Origin: Bacillota bacterium
GTDB lineage: Bacteria; Patescibacteriota; Minisyncoccia; Phycocordibacterales; Phycocordibacteraceae
Direction: 5' to 3'
NCBI GenBank assembly: GCA_050260455.1
Contig: JBLNCF010000010.1
Coordinates: forward strand, 37,653 to 101,652
Length of the DNA: 64,000 nucleotides
Under the pieces are notes generated by a model. It was given only the letters and a program-made list of their open reading frames with translations, was not told the origin of the DNA and did no database searches. Below are positions 55,601-64,000 of the stretch, piece by piece. Position numbers and translations under genes: made by a program. How positions within the stretch are numbered: the stretch's first letter is position 1; every line of letters begins with the position of its first letter.

Positions 55601-55842
55601 TACGGATGGCCGCCGAACTTCTGGTGAAGATACCGCATGATGTCTTCCGACTCATACATGGAAACATCACTTTCGTCGTCCACCATGAACGGCATCTGGC
55701 GTTTGCCGCCGATACGAATGAGCTCTTCTTCTACCGCTGGGTCATGGATGTCCTTTAAGGTAAGCGGTGCACCGACTTCTTGGGCTACCTCAACGGTCTT
55801 TTTACAAAACGGACAGTTCGGGTTGATGTAGAGCGTGATCAT
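55600..55842 (-). CDS. glutaredoxin-like protein
   Basis: CPFC active site. Confidence 0.75.
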   Translation of the reverse strand: MITLYINPNCPFCKKTVEVAQEVGAPLTLKDIHDPAVEEELIRIGGKRQMPFMVDDESDVSMYESEDIMRYLHQKFGGHP

Positions 55843-55930
55843 TGATTTCGAGTATAGCAGCCGTTCTCCACGTTGCTGATTGGCGATTTTCCGCTAGAAT
55901 AGCCCTGCGGCGCTTCGGCGCCGCACCTAT

Positions 55931-56002
55931 TCCGCGGTAGCTCAGTGGTAGAGCGGTCGGCTGTTAACCGATTGGTCGTAGGTTCGAATCCTACCCGCGG
56001 AG
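55931..56002 (+). tRNA. tRNA-Asn (anticodon GUU)
   Basis: Acceptor TCCGCGG/CCGCGGA, anticodon loop CTGTTAA, T-loop GGTTCGAATCC. Confidence 0.85.
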
Positions 56003-56323
56003 CAAATATTGACACTGAGGAGATTCATCCCATTCTCACTCGAATCGTGCCATGCTAGGTGTTAATGACTTCGCCACATATCACCTTTGAAACGTCCCCT
56101 CCGTTGGGTGGTATCTGGAAACGGCGATTCAGTTGGATGCCTCTAAGAATGGGTATTGGCAGTAATAATAAAAATCTATGGGAATGGTTCCGGCATTATG
56201 AATACATGCCGCTTTCGGAAGACCGGATGGCACGAGGCAGGCGACACTTCCAGCGACGTTCCCTAACGTCTACAGAGACGAACCCCTTCTACACCGACCA
56301 CCAGTATTACTCTCCGGGCGGCA

Positions 56324-56728
56324 CTAGGTGATACTCATTCTGATATAACCTGAGTGCTGTACAAATGTTAGGTACTCGCCCGCGACGGTCTCCCTCACTT
56401 TCTCCACTACCTTTGAAACAGCAGCATCCATCTCATTGAGCATCTGCGGAGAGGAATCGTCTGCATCTAATCTTGAGAATGTATTTTTATAGGTCCGCTC
56501 CGTTGCCTGCTGAAGTGGAAGAAAACCTGTTTTGTGACCATTAAATGGACTGAACAGGGATTGCACAAGCTTGAACTCCACTGAGTCAATACGTCCAATG
56601 CACATAGCTACACCTCCTTCGAATCGTTGAAGGTAACCTATCATTTCTCTTCTTTCCTCTCCCCTTTTTTGAATAAGACGCGGATGCAGAATGGTGGCAG
56701 TCATGCACCACTGTATCACTCTCTTCAT
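56324..56728 (-). CDS. hypothetical protein in a low-GC islet
   Basis: 134-aa ORF. Confidence 0.35.
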   Translation of the reverse strand: MKRVIQWCMTATILHPRLIQKRGEERREMIGYLQRFEGGVAMCIGRIDSVEFKLVQSLFSPFNGHKTGFLPLQQATERTYKNTFSRLDADDSSPQMLNEMDAAVSKVVEKVRETVAGEYLTFVQHSGYIRMSIT

Positions 56729-56987
56729 GAGGAAAGACTATGCAGCTCACATGATTTTATTCCCGTGAGATTACCTCACAATTTGGTGCTTCTTTTAGTA
56801 GATATGGGTTCGAACATCCTCCACCCAACGGAGCAGAGTGAGCGAAATGAAAACGTCCACGGGAGTGGACGTATATACGGGGGTTTTACGTGAGATAGCT
56901 TGACATATGTATCGTATAGTGTCATTATATATTCACGTTCTTTCCGTTAACCCCTTGGGATTCCTTCCCGATACTTCGAGGTCACAG

Positions 56988-57404
56988 ATGAATCTGCTCG
57001 GTATGAAATGCGATGATCGAATCATTACCCGCGTGTTCGACCTTTGCACTGGCACCTACCCACCACACACCGTACTGGCGTCAGTCCAATACGCCGATAA
57101 GCGGTTCGGAGTAGTGGTCGTCAATGTGGCTACCCGAACCGCGACTCCGCTTACGGCCACTGGTCGGCATGCGATGCTCCTCAATGAGGCAGCGCAACCG
57201 CCGATCTTTGAAGTGAACACCGACGGCGGACACTACGACATCCACATCTACACGCTTCGCGAACGAGGAATCGTCGTCCGAGAGGAATACCTCGACCTGA
57301 GCCACGATCACGAAACCGAGTGGAGGGTCATCGGCGAAACCTCCTCAGGTGCTACTGCCCTGAAGGAATTCGACAAACATGAGGTCACCTTAGAAGCTGA
57401 CTGA
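56988..57404 (+). CDS. hypothetical protein in a low-GC islet
   Basis: GAGGT SD 6 nt before the ATG at 56988; terminator at 57433-57465. Confidence 0.45.
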   Translation: MNLLGMKCDDRIITRVFDLCTGTYPPHTVLASVQYADKRFGVVVVNVATRTATPLTATGRHAMLLNEAAQPPIFEVNTDGGHYDIHIYTLRERGIVVREEYLDLSHDHETEWRVIGETSSGATALKEFDKHEVTLEAD

Positions 57405-57432
57405 TGACCCCACCAGTCGTCCCCTCGTCCTG

Positions 57433-57465
57433 CAGCCACCCGCAAAGTGGCTGTTTCTTTTATAT
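57433..57465 (+). terminator. rho-independent terminator
   Basis: GCAGCCAC-CCGCAAA-GTGGCTG followed by TTTCTTTT. Confidence 0.65.
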
Positions 57466-57563
57466 AGGTGCAGATCCATGACTTGACATATATCTACTTT
57501 GTGTGGCAAAATGTCTATCGGCTGCAGAACGATTCTGCCGCACCTTCAATCATGGGGATATGA

Positions 57564-58268
57564 ATGGACTCGGCTTATCTGATCCACGGCTGCCACCTAC
57601 AGGCAGACAACTGGGAGCATATTGTGTGGGGTTCTCCTGAAAAGGATGAGTGGGGACGCGCTTCCCATGCCCTGCGGCTCGCTGCTCGTAATCGAAAGGC
57701 GCTCCTGATCTGGGGCACGGGCGCGTCATCGCAAGACGGCGCTCTCGAGTGCGACTACACCTTTCGCTACGCAGTCGCTCACGCAACCCAGCTTCCCGAC
57801 TATGAAGGCTTCGATGCCTACGAAGTCGAGGCGCTGCTCAAGCATCGTTCGCACTTCGATCGTGAAGCACAGAACACGCAAGAAGAAATCACGAACGCAC
57901 TACGTGTCTGCCGCGAACGCGGTATCGGCACGCTCTACCTCGTTTCCTCTCCAACCCACATCTCTCGGTGTCTTCTGGATGCCGAGAAAGTGCGTCGGAT
58001 GAGCAACGACCCTCACGGAGTCATGATCTACGCTACGGCGTCGGACACCTGCTTTGAGGATTCCGTCCCAGACGACGTGATCATCGTAGAACCTCCGCAC
58101 CGCGGGGATATGCCGCTCTGGCAGACCTTCCGCTACGTGCGCGCCATGTTCTCGATAATGCGCCAGGGAGAAACGGTATTTCAAGGATTCCTCCAGAAGT
58201 TCGGAGAACTACTTGAAAGCTACGGGGTGCCCGTCGACTGGAGCCCTGTTCGCCAGCGACTCCATTAA
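57564..58268 (+). CDS. DUF218 (YdcF/ElyC-like) domain protein
   Basis: LVSSPTHISRC resembles the DUF218 VTSxxHMxRA motif. Confidence 0.55.
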   Translation: MDSAYLIHGCHLQADNWEHIVWGSPEKDEWGRASHALRLAARNRKALLIWGTGASSQDGALECDYTFRYAVAHATQLPDYEGFDAYEVEALLKHRSHFDREAQNTQEEITNALRVCRERGIGTLYLVSSPTHISRCLLDAEKVRRMSNDPHGVMIYATASDTCFEDSVPDDVIIVEPPHRGDMPLWQTFRYVRAMFSIMRQGETVFQGFLQKFGELLESYGVPVDWSPVRQRLH

Positions 58269-58478
58269 CCCGTCCGACACTCCCCATGAGACCGCAGACG
58301 CGAGGTCCTATCCCTCCGTCTGCGGTTTTCTCATTTCAGGCGCATCTCATGACAAACTCATGAGAATGTGGTACATTTATCAAATCAAACGCAGCGCTGC
58401 ACGCAGAGAGATTGAGTCGAATTTCTTATACAGCTCCTGTACTTGATGGTTATCAAGTGTTTCAGACTCAAAAGAGCT

Positions 58479-58679
58479 ATGCAGCAAGGAACTATCGCCC
58501 GCCTCACGGATAAGGGCTTCGGGTTCATCAAGGCCGATGGTATGGAGAAGGACCTCTTCTTCCATTCCAAAGAGGTCGTTGGTGCGTACTTCGACGACCT
58601 TCGCGAAGGCGATAAGGTGCAGTTCGAGGTCGGCGAAGGTCCGAAGGGACCGAACGCCACCCAGGTATCGAAGATGTAA
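58479..58679 (+). CDS. csp: cold-shock protein (CSD)
   Basis: GFGFIKADG...FFHS RNP motifs. Confidence 0.85.
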   Translation: MQQGTIARLTDKGFGFIKADGMEKDLFFHSKEVVGAYFDDLREGDKVQFEVGEGPKGPNATQVSKM

Positions 58680-58736
58680 CGGGACGAGAAGCGCCTTGCG
58701 GCGCTTCCGTCATTTATCAGTCTTAGGCTCACGCAT

Positions 58737-58940
58737 ATGGAAACAGGAAAAATCGTTCAGCTACTCGATCGCGAATTCGGTTTCATTAAACGCATCGGTA
58801 TTAAAGACCACCTCTTCTTTCATGCAGATGACCTCACCGGTCTTAAATTCCGGGATCTGCACGAAGGCGACCGAGTCCAGTTCTCCATCACCGAGAGCCT
58901 CAAGGGTCCCTACGCGACCCATATCACTAAGGCAGCATAA
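58737..58940 (+). CDS. csp: cold-shock protein paralog
   Basis: FGFIKRIG...LFFHA motifs. Confidence 0.85.
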   Translation: METGKIVQLLDREFGFIKRIGIKDHLFFHADDLTGLKFRDLHEGDRVQFSITESLKGPYATHITKAA

Positions 58941-58942
58941 CC

Positions 58943-59065
58943 ATGGTTAAGAATAGCCACGGCGTGAGCTCGAACAACAATCCTCACAAGACCCGCAAGA
59001 CCAAGAAGCGTCTTGCTGCAAAGAAGGAGATGCTCGCACGCAAAACTACCAAGAAGCGATCGTAA
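58943..59065 (+). CDS. 40-aa highly basic peptide, hypothetical
   Basis: ATG lies 2 nt after the csp stop and encodes MVKNSHGVSSNNNPHKTRKTKKRLAAKKEMLARKTTKKRS. Not in the ORF track. Confidence 0.3.
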   Translation: MVKNSHGVSSNNNPHKTRKTKKRLAAKKEMLARKTTKKRS

Positions 59066-59080
59066 CGCTTCGGTCGGAAT

Positions 59081-59542
59081 CTAGGCAGCGATTTTCTTCG
59101 CTGCCTTTTTTCGTTTTACGGGAGCCTCTTCTGGAGGAAGATGCTTTTTCACTTCCTCTGCAAGTGCCTCCTTGCGATTTGAGGCTTCGAGCGTAGAACT
59201 GAGTTTCTCCAATGTTCGCTCCATGGAATCGAGGCGGCGCAAGATCTCATCAATGCGCGAATCCTTGGGCATAACGAGCGGTTCGCTGCGAGGAGCCGAC
59301 GGACGGCGCTCAAAGCGAGAGGAACGCTGCGCGTCTGTATCAGGAACGAAACATTCCTTGCAGTACACCGGCTTCTTACCATTCGGTCGGAACGGTACCT
59401 GGGTAGGTTTGTGACACTTATTACACTCGACATCATATAGTTCTTTCTTCTCGAACGAGCGACCTCGCTGGCCGAAGGACTGACCACCGGAGAAAGAACG
59501 GCGATCGTTTCCGGAACGGAAATTCTTTTTGAAATCAGGCAT
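59081..59542 (-). CDS. zinc-ribbon protein (CNKC...CKEC) with a Lys-rich coiled-coil tail
   Basis: 153-aa ORF. Confidence 0.5.
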   Translation of the reverse strand: MPDFKKNFRSGNDRRSFSGGQSFGQRGRSFEKKELYDVECNKCHKPTQVPFRPNGKKPVYCKECFVPDTDAQRSSRFERRPSAPRSEPLVMPKDSRIDEILRRLDSMERTLEKLSSTLEASNRKEALAEEVKKHLPPEEAPVKRKKAAKKIAA

Positions 59543-59786
59543 GGATGCGTATGTTAGGGGCTGTTCGGGATTCGATAAGGTGAGTTATGTACGGCTTAGT
59601 TGTAAAAGATGCAGCACGGATGCTGGATAAGCCGCACATAACTAACCTCATGGAGTGGAGAGCAGTGATTTGAAAATACTATATCGAGGTATATTTGTCA
59701 ATTCCCCCACCAGGCAGAAGCATGCTGATCAGTGACAAATAAATAAAGTGAGTCATAATGTAGACTGATCCACACGGGAGGCGTAC

Positions 59787-60083
59787 ATGAATTCCATTCT
59801 CCGCGCTGCATACCTCCAGGTATGCGAGTGCAATACGCACGCGAGCATCGTCATGGATAATGACACGCTGTGCAATCCGTTCTTCTCGAAAACTACGGGG
59901 CTGGAAGTGGCCGAAACACTTGAAAAGCTGGGCAAGATAAGCACTGAAGAGTGCAAGCTCATCTGCGACAGTATCCGTCGTTCCGCTCTTCCTCACTGCG
60001 TGCCCGCGACAATCGGAGTATTGATAGCGCACCCGACCGAGCACACGGCACCAGTGACGTCCAACGAGAAAACGGTTCACTGA
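59787..60083 (+). CDS. hypothetical protein
   Basis: 98-aa ORF. Confidence 0.35.
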   Translation: MNSILRAAYLQVCECNTHASIVMDNDTLCNPFFSKTTGLEVAETLEKLGKISTEECKLICDSIRRSALPHCVPATIGVLIAHPTEHTAPVTSNEKTVH

Positions 60084-60133
60084 CCTCTACCCATCAATCT
60101 TTCAACTGCCGCCTCACCAAGGCGGCATTATTT

Positions 60134-60403
60134 TTACTCTGTCCTTCCGGTTTTATTGCGGTGTGGACACCCGGGCCAACAACATGGACGACGCTTTCCT
60201 TCCTTGAGTTCCGTGCATGTTCGCTCAATGTGATTGAGCCTGGTCTCGGGTTTCTTTACAGACTCAACCCAACAGATCCACTCATTGCGTGCAAGCGGCG
60301 TGATGTCCTCCCACGCAGACACAGCTGCCTTATCAGACATGAGTGCTTTTCGTAAGTCCGCAGGCATTTTATGAACAACGCCTTCACTCAACGTCTTGGT
60401 CAT
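60134..60403 (-). CDS. YdeI/OmpD-associated (OmdA) family protein
   Basis: WICWVESVKKPETRLNHIER pattern. Confidence 0.55.
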   Translation of the reverse strand: MTKTLSEGVVHKMPADLRKALMSDKAAVSAWEDITPLARNEWICWVESVKKPETRLNHIERTCTELKEGKRRPCCWPGCPHRNKTGRTE

Positions 60404-60455
60404 ACGTGCATTCTATCAAACCCCCCTCTTTTGATTCGGTATTGAACGAGACGAT

Positions 60456-61178
60456 TCAAGAAAGTGTCGGAAGACCGCTCAATTGCAGAAGTTTCTGCAT
60501 AGTCCGTCGTATCTTCCGAGCCTTCAATGAGCGTATGAACGCTTCTTGATTCGTCTTCTCTTTCGCATATGCCTTGACCCACGTTCGGTTGGTGACCTCA
60601 AGACCTCCCTCCTGCTCAAGGAAAAGTGCCAGCCAGTAATCGTCAGGGTTGTAGGCCAAGGCGAGCTGCCTTGAGAGTTGCTCCCCTTTTTCTAATGCCT
60701 TAATGATCAGACCTCGTTTTTCTCCCCGAACACCTGTACTTGCTCCCCATAAATAATCGGTAGCTCGGTGTCCTTTACTCGGACAGAGGAGATACCAGTA
60801 ATAGGAGCTCAACCAGGCATACATGGTGCCCGACATGCGTATCCATGAACCCACCATTACATTCCCTTGATCTAGCAGCCGAGAAAGGGTCTCAATCCAA
60901 TTCGAAGCCGCGACAGAGTCTCCATCGATACAAAGAATGTGTTCTCCCTTTGCTTCTTCGAATCCACGTATCCGCGCAAAGACAGGTCCAGCAGGACCTG
61001 CGTAGTCGATCACTCGCACCTCCGAATATGCGCGCCCAAGAGCTCCGGTCGTATCAGTCGAATTGTGATTGATGAGCAGTATCTCGTCGGGACTCCGTGT
61101 CTGGTGGAGCAGCGACTTGATGCACGCATCGATATGCCGCTCCTCGTTATGAGCAATGATGACGACCGATATCTTCAT
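60456..61178 (-). CDS. family 2 glycosyltransferase
   Basis: ISVVIIAHNEE...DGDS GT-A motifs. Start at the Met of MKISVV. Confidence 0.8.
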   Translation of the reverse strand: MKISVVIIAHNEERHIDACIKSLLHQTRSPDEILLINHNSTDTTGALGRAYSEVRVIDYAGPAGPVFARIRGFEEAKGEHILCIDGDSVAASNWIETLSRLLDQGNVMVGSWIRMSGTMYAWLSSYYWYLLCPSKGHRATDYLWGASTGVRGEKRGLIIKALEKGEQLSRQLALAYNPDDYWLALFLEQEGGLEVTNRTWVKAYAKEKTNQEAFIRSLKARKIRRTMQKLLQLSGLPTLS

Positions 61179-61282
61179 GGGATCAGCATACCGTAGGAGT
61201 AACCCAGATTTTGACAAGACCAAGAATCAATTGTATTGATAATCTGGATCGATGCCGCTTGGCGTCGCTGCACCACTCGTAA

Positions 61283-61951
61283 TTGGGGGTCCTCATGCCG
61301 CTGTATCAACGCTCCTTCCTGAAAAGGAAGAATCTTTCCACGCTGTTAGAGCGCGGATTCACGACTGCTTATAAAACTGCAGTGCTTCTCATGCTGCCGC
61401 TTCTAGCAGTGCTGGTCGCCTGCCCCGCCTGGTACCTGTTCTACAGAACCGGCTGGCATCTTCCCGAAAAGTTGAGCGACGCGCTCATGACACTTTGTCT
61501 CACGTTCGGCGTCATCTACGCGCTTATCGCAGGTGCCGTCATCAATCGTGTGTTCGATGAGTACAAAGACATGCGGACGGCGGTGAAGAACTGTGATATC
61601 GACACGTTCATGACGCTGCGCGATGAGGAGGTGTCACCCGTGATCCACGCGGTCATGGCCCTGTTCGCTCTCAACGTCATCGCCTGTATCGGATTGGTCA
61701 ATTACCCTGCCCCTATCTATGGCCTCATCGCCGTCGGGGTAACCACCTATCTGTTCTCGCTCGTATACTGGGTCATCACCGAAATAGACGATCCATGCAC
61801 GGGCGTGTGGTTCATCGTGAACATCCACCAAGAGTGGTTGGCGATCGAGCCAAAAGAATGGAGGAAGATCAAGTACGACACATGCAGGCAGGACTGGGAC
61901 AAGTATCTGCCCCGAGAAGCCATAGTGGAGGAGCTCCGCAACACGGCGTAA
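61283..61951 (+). CDS. polytopic membrane protein, hypothetical
   Basis: 4-5 TM helices; followed by a terminator at ~61975-62020. Confidence 0.55.
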   Translation: MGVLMPLYQRSFLKRKNLSTLLERGFTTAYKTAVLLMLPLLAVLVACPAWYLFYRTGWHLPEKLSDALMTLCLTFGVIYALIAGAVINRVFDEYKDMRTAVKNCDIDTFMTLRDEEVSPVIHAVMALFALNVIACIGLVNYPAPIYGLIAVGVTTYLFSLVYWVITEIDDPCTGVWFIVNIHQEWLAIEPKEWRKIKYDTCRQDWDKYLPREAIVEELRNTA

Positions 61952-62190
61952 CCTTCCACCCCCGCTCGAACTTTCAACCGCCCGGTATCTTTTACCCGGG
62001 CGGTTCCTTTGTTCTTGTCGGAAGAACAGCCTTCGTGCATAGTAGATGCATGACATACGCAACCCACATGACGCTCCTAGTCGTCCTTCGCAGCCCGCGA
62101 GGTGGGTTGTGTTTTGGATAACTCGACAGAGATACCCAAAACGGAGTCCGCCTCACCGCGGGCTCCGTTCGTTCAAGGAAGGAGAAGATA

Positions 62191-62463
62191 ATGACCCAGT
62201 ACCTTACACCCTGTCGCGGGGGTAAATGGGCAGTCAGCGGATTCATCAAGGAACGACAGGTCTGCCTTATCGAGCGCTCCAAGCTCGATAACGGAATCGA
62301 CCCACGTTGGCTCCTTGCTTCCATCGGCATCAGCCCATCGGATGAAGAGCTCGCTCGATATTTCCCTGCGCACCCCATCCATGGACCATGCCCCACACTC
62401 GACCTGCTCGAACTCTTTGTTCATAGAGCAAAGACTGAAATAAAGCGGGAGTGTGGCGTGTGA
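62191..62463 (+). CDS. hypothetical protein
   Basis: Strong SD (AAGGAAGGAGAAG) before the ATG. Confidence 0.5.
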   Translation: MTQYLTPCRGGKWAVSGFIKERQVCLIERSKLDNGIDPRWLLASIGISPSDEELARYFPAHPIHGPCPTLDLLELFVHRAKTEIKRECGV

Positions 62464-62553
62464 TCCCGGTATCCAAACACGGTATAGTCGGCGTCCTTGT
62501 GGCGCCGGCTTTTTACTGCTCCGTTCAGGTGTTGTTGTATATAATGCCCGGAC

Positions 62554-63411
62554 ATGGCCTCGAAACGTCCCGATACTGCAATCACGCTTACGACCCTCAC
62601 CTTAGGATTGCTTGGTATTGCGTTTATTGCGTGGGGACTAACAAAGACTCCAGCGCCCTCGGCTCCTTCAGTCGAAACTCCTTCAGCAACATCCACAACA
62701 AGCGTTTCGACTTCAACACCCACAGCTCCCGTCCCGATGTATACCTATATCGAAGTCCAAGACAGTTGTGGACCGTACTACCAAGGCACGTGCGTGAACA
62801 TGCGTTCTGGTCCCGGAACAAACTTTCCCGTCGTATTGCGACTGCGCAACGGAATCGTTCTTAAGGTGGACGGTAGCGTAGAGCGCGATGGGCGCACGTG
62901 GTACAAGCTCAAACCTGACGATACCGTTAGATACCCAGAGCGGGTCACCTCGGACTGGTACGTGGCTGCCGATCTCGTGCGCACCTTTACGGACGACGGC
63001 AACCATCGTCTGGCACCCGGTCAGGCTCCAACAACCTCCAAGCGTATCCTCGTCGATCTATCTGAACAGATGCTGTACGCCTACGACGGCGATACTCTGT
63101 TCATGCAGCAGCCCATCTCGACCGGTCTCAATCTGACCCCCACCCCCACCGGCACTTTTACGGTGTACGCCATGACACCGAGTCGCTACATGCAGGGACC
63201 CTTGCCGGACGTGAGCGATCAGTATTACGACCTGCCAGGCGTGCCGTGGAATCTCTACTTCACCAAGGACGGCGCTGTTATACATGGAACGTACTGGCAC
63301 GATCATTTTGGGCAACCCTGGTCGCACGGATGTGTGAATCTCCCTCCTGACAAGGCAAAGGAGCTGTACGACTGGGCAGTCATTGGCATGAAAGTAACCG
63401 TTCGACCCTAA
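62554..63411 (+). CDS. L,D-transpeptidase (YkuD) with an N-terminal anchor and SH3b-like domain
   Basis: ...HGT...SHGCVNL catalytic motif. Confidence 0.8.
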   Translation: MASKRPDTAITLTTLTLGLLGIAFIAWGLTKTPAPSAPSVETPSATSTTSVSTSTPTAPVPMYTYIEVQDSCGPYYQGTCVNMRSGPGTNFPVVLRLRNGIVLKVDGSVERDGRTWYKLKPDDTVRYPERVTSDWYVAADLVRTFTDDGNHRLAPGQAPTTSKRILVDLSEQMLYAYDGDTLFMQQPISTGLNLTPTPTGTFTVYAMTPSRYMQGPLPDVSDQYYDLPGVPWNLYFTKDGAVIHGTYWHDHFGQPWSHGCVNLPPDKAKELYDWAVIGMKVTVRP

Positions 63412-63470
63412 TCTGAAGGCTTCATGAGAGCTACTTGCGTTCCGGCACAGGTTCTGGGAACATGGTCCCG

Positions 63471-64000
63471 ATGACGTTCATCGTCACTCTCGTTCTATCG
63501 CTGTTCGCTTTCGTCTCGACTCCCCCGCCTGCGCTCGCAGCGCCAACCGCGATATCTCAATCGACGCAGCCACCGGCTGCGCCTATCGCTATACCCGCAC
63601 CGACCAAGAAGGTTGCGGTAGCACCTATTCAGAAGACGGCGGCAGTCGTGCCCTTTTATTCTCAGTTCAAAGACATATCATCGCCCAAATGGCAGAAACA
63701 AGGATGTGGTATTGCAAGCCTCGCGATGGTAATTAATTACTACAAACCGCATGCCGTAGGTGTTGATGCACTCTTGAAGCAAGGCATCGCCGCAGGAGCA
63801 TACGATACGAACGCTGGATGGATCCACAGTGGACTTATCTCTCTTGGAAAACGCTACGGCCTTTCTGGCTCTACCAATGACCTTTCGAAGCTTTCCTCGA
63901 AAGCAGCCCTGGCAGAATTAGAGAAGACCGTCGCCAAGGGCCCGGTCATCGCCTCCGTGCATTACAAATTCGAGCCGACGAATCCCATTCCCCACCTCGT
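63471..64000 (+). CDS. secreted peptidase C39-like (YvpB-type) domain protein, 3' end outside window
   Basis: Signal peptide plus VPFYSQ...KQGCGIASLAMVINYY. The ORF runs off the window end and is absent from the ORF track. Confidence 0.6.
   Translation, partial: MTFIVTLVLSLFAFVSTPPPALAAPTAISQSTQPPAAPIAIPAPTKKVAVAPIQKTAAVVPFYSQFKDISSPKWQKQGCGIASLAMVINYYKPHAVGVDALLKQGIAAGAYDTNAGWIHSGLISLGKRYGLSGSTNDLSKLSSKAALAELEKTVAKGPVIASVHYKFEPTNPIPHL

Noticed and set aside
1-64000. CRISPR arrays, rRNA genes, IS elements, transposases, integrases
   Set aside because: Scanned for regularly spaced direct repeats and for characteristic transposase or integrase motifs (DDE, tyrosine recombinase R..H..RH..Y). 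None found.

Overview
This is a gene-dense stretch (~57% GC) of what looks like a reduced-genome bacterium, possibly from the Candidate Phyla Radiation (CPR). That placement is inference from short genes, a prolyl-tRNA synthetase (ProRS) lacking the editing domain, a truncated HolB and unlinked rplU/rpmA. Housekeeping content includes aminoacyl-tRNA synthetases (gltX, cysS, proS), ribosomal proteins L27/L9/L21, dnaB, recR, truB, frr, def-fmt, hpf and murA. There is a complete dcw block (mraZ-rsmH-ftsL-ftsI-murF) with recognisable MraZ boxes, and a rod-shape block (mreB-mreC-mreD-PBP2) plus a second MreB paralog. Two tRNAs are present: tRNA-Glu(CUC) and tRNA-Asn(GUU). Accessory content that stands out: (i) a 2.4-11.9 kb run of secreted cell-wall-active proteins (M23 peptidase, a ~1200-aa tandem-repeat surface protein, CAP, 3D-domain, GH18); (ii) a Fic protein with a Doc-type motif in a low-GC islet next to an ABC-F ATPase; (iii) a 1.3-kb low-GC cassette (GNAT + unknown 256-aa protein) flanked by near-identical 38-bp direct repeats, lying beside a standalone DnaA domain-IV protein and tRNA-Glu; (iv) a promoter/leaderless 33-aa membrane peptide/terminator module upstream of an unknown 336-aa protein next to the dcw cluster; (v) an OmpR-type response regulator lacking the phospho-acceptor Asp; (vi) a tRNA-Asn-adjacent islet of unknown ORFs. 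No CRISPR array, rRNA, transposase or integrase was seen.
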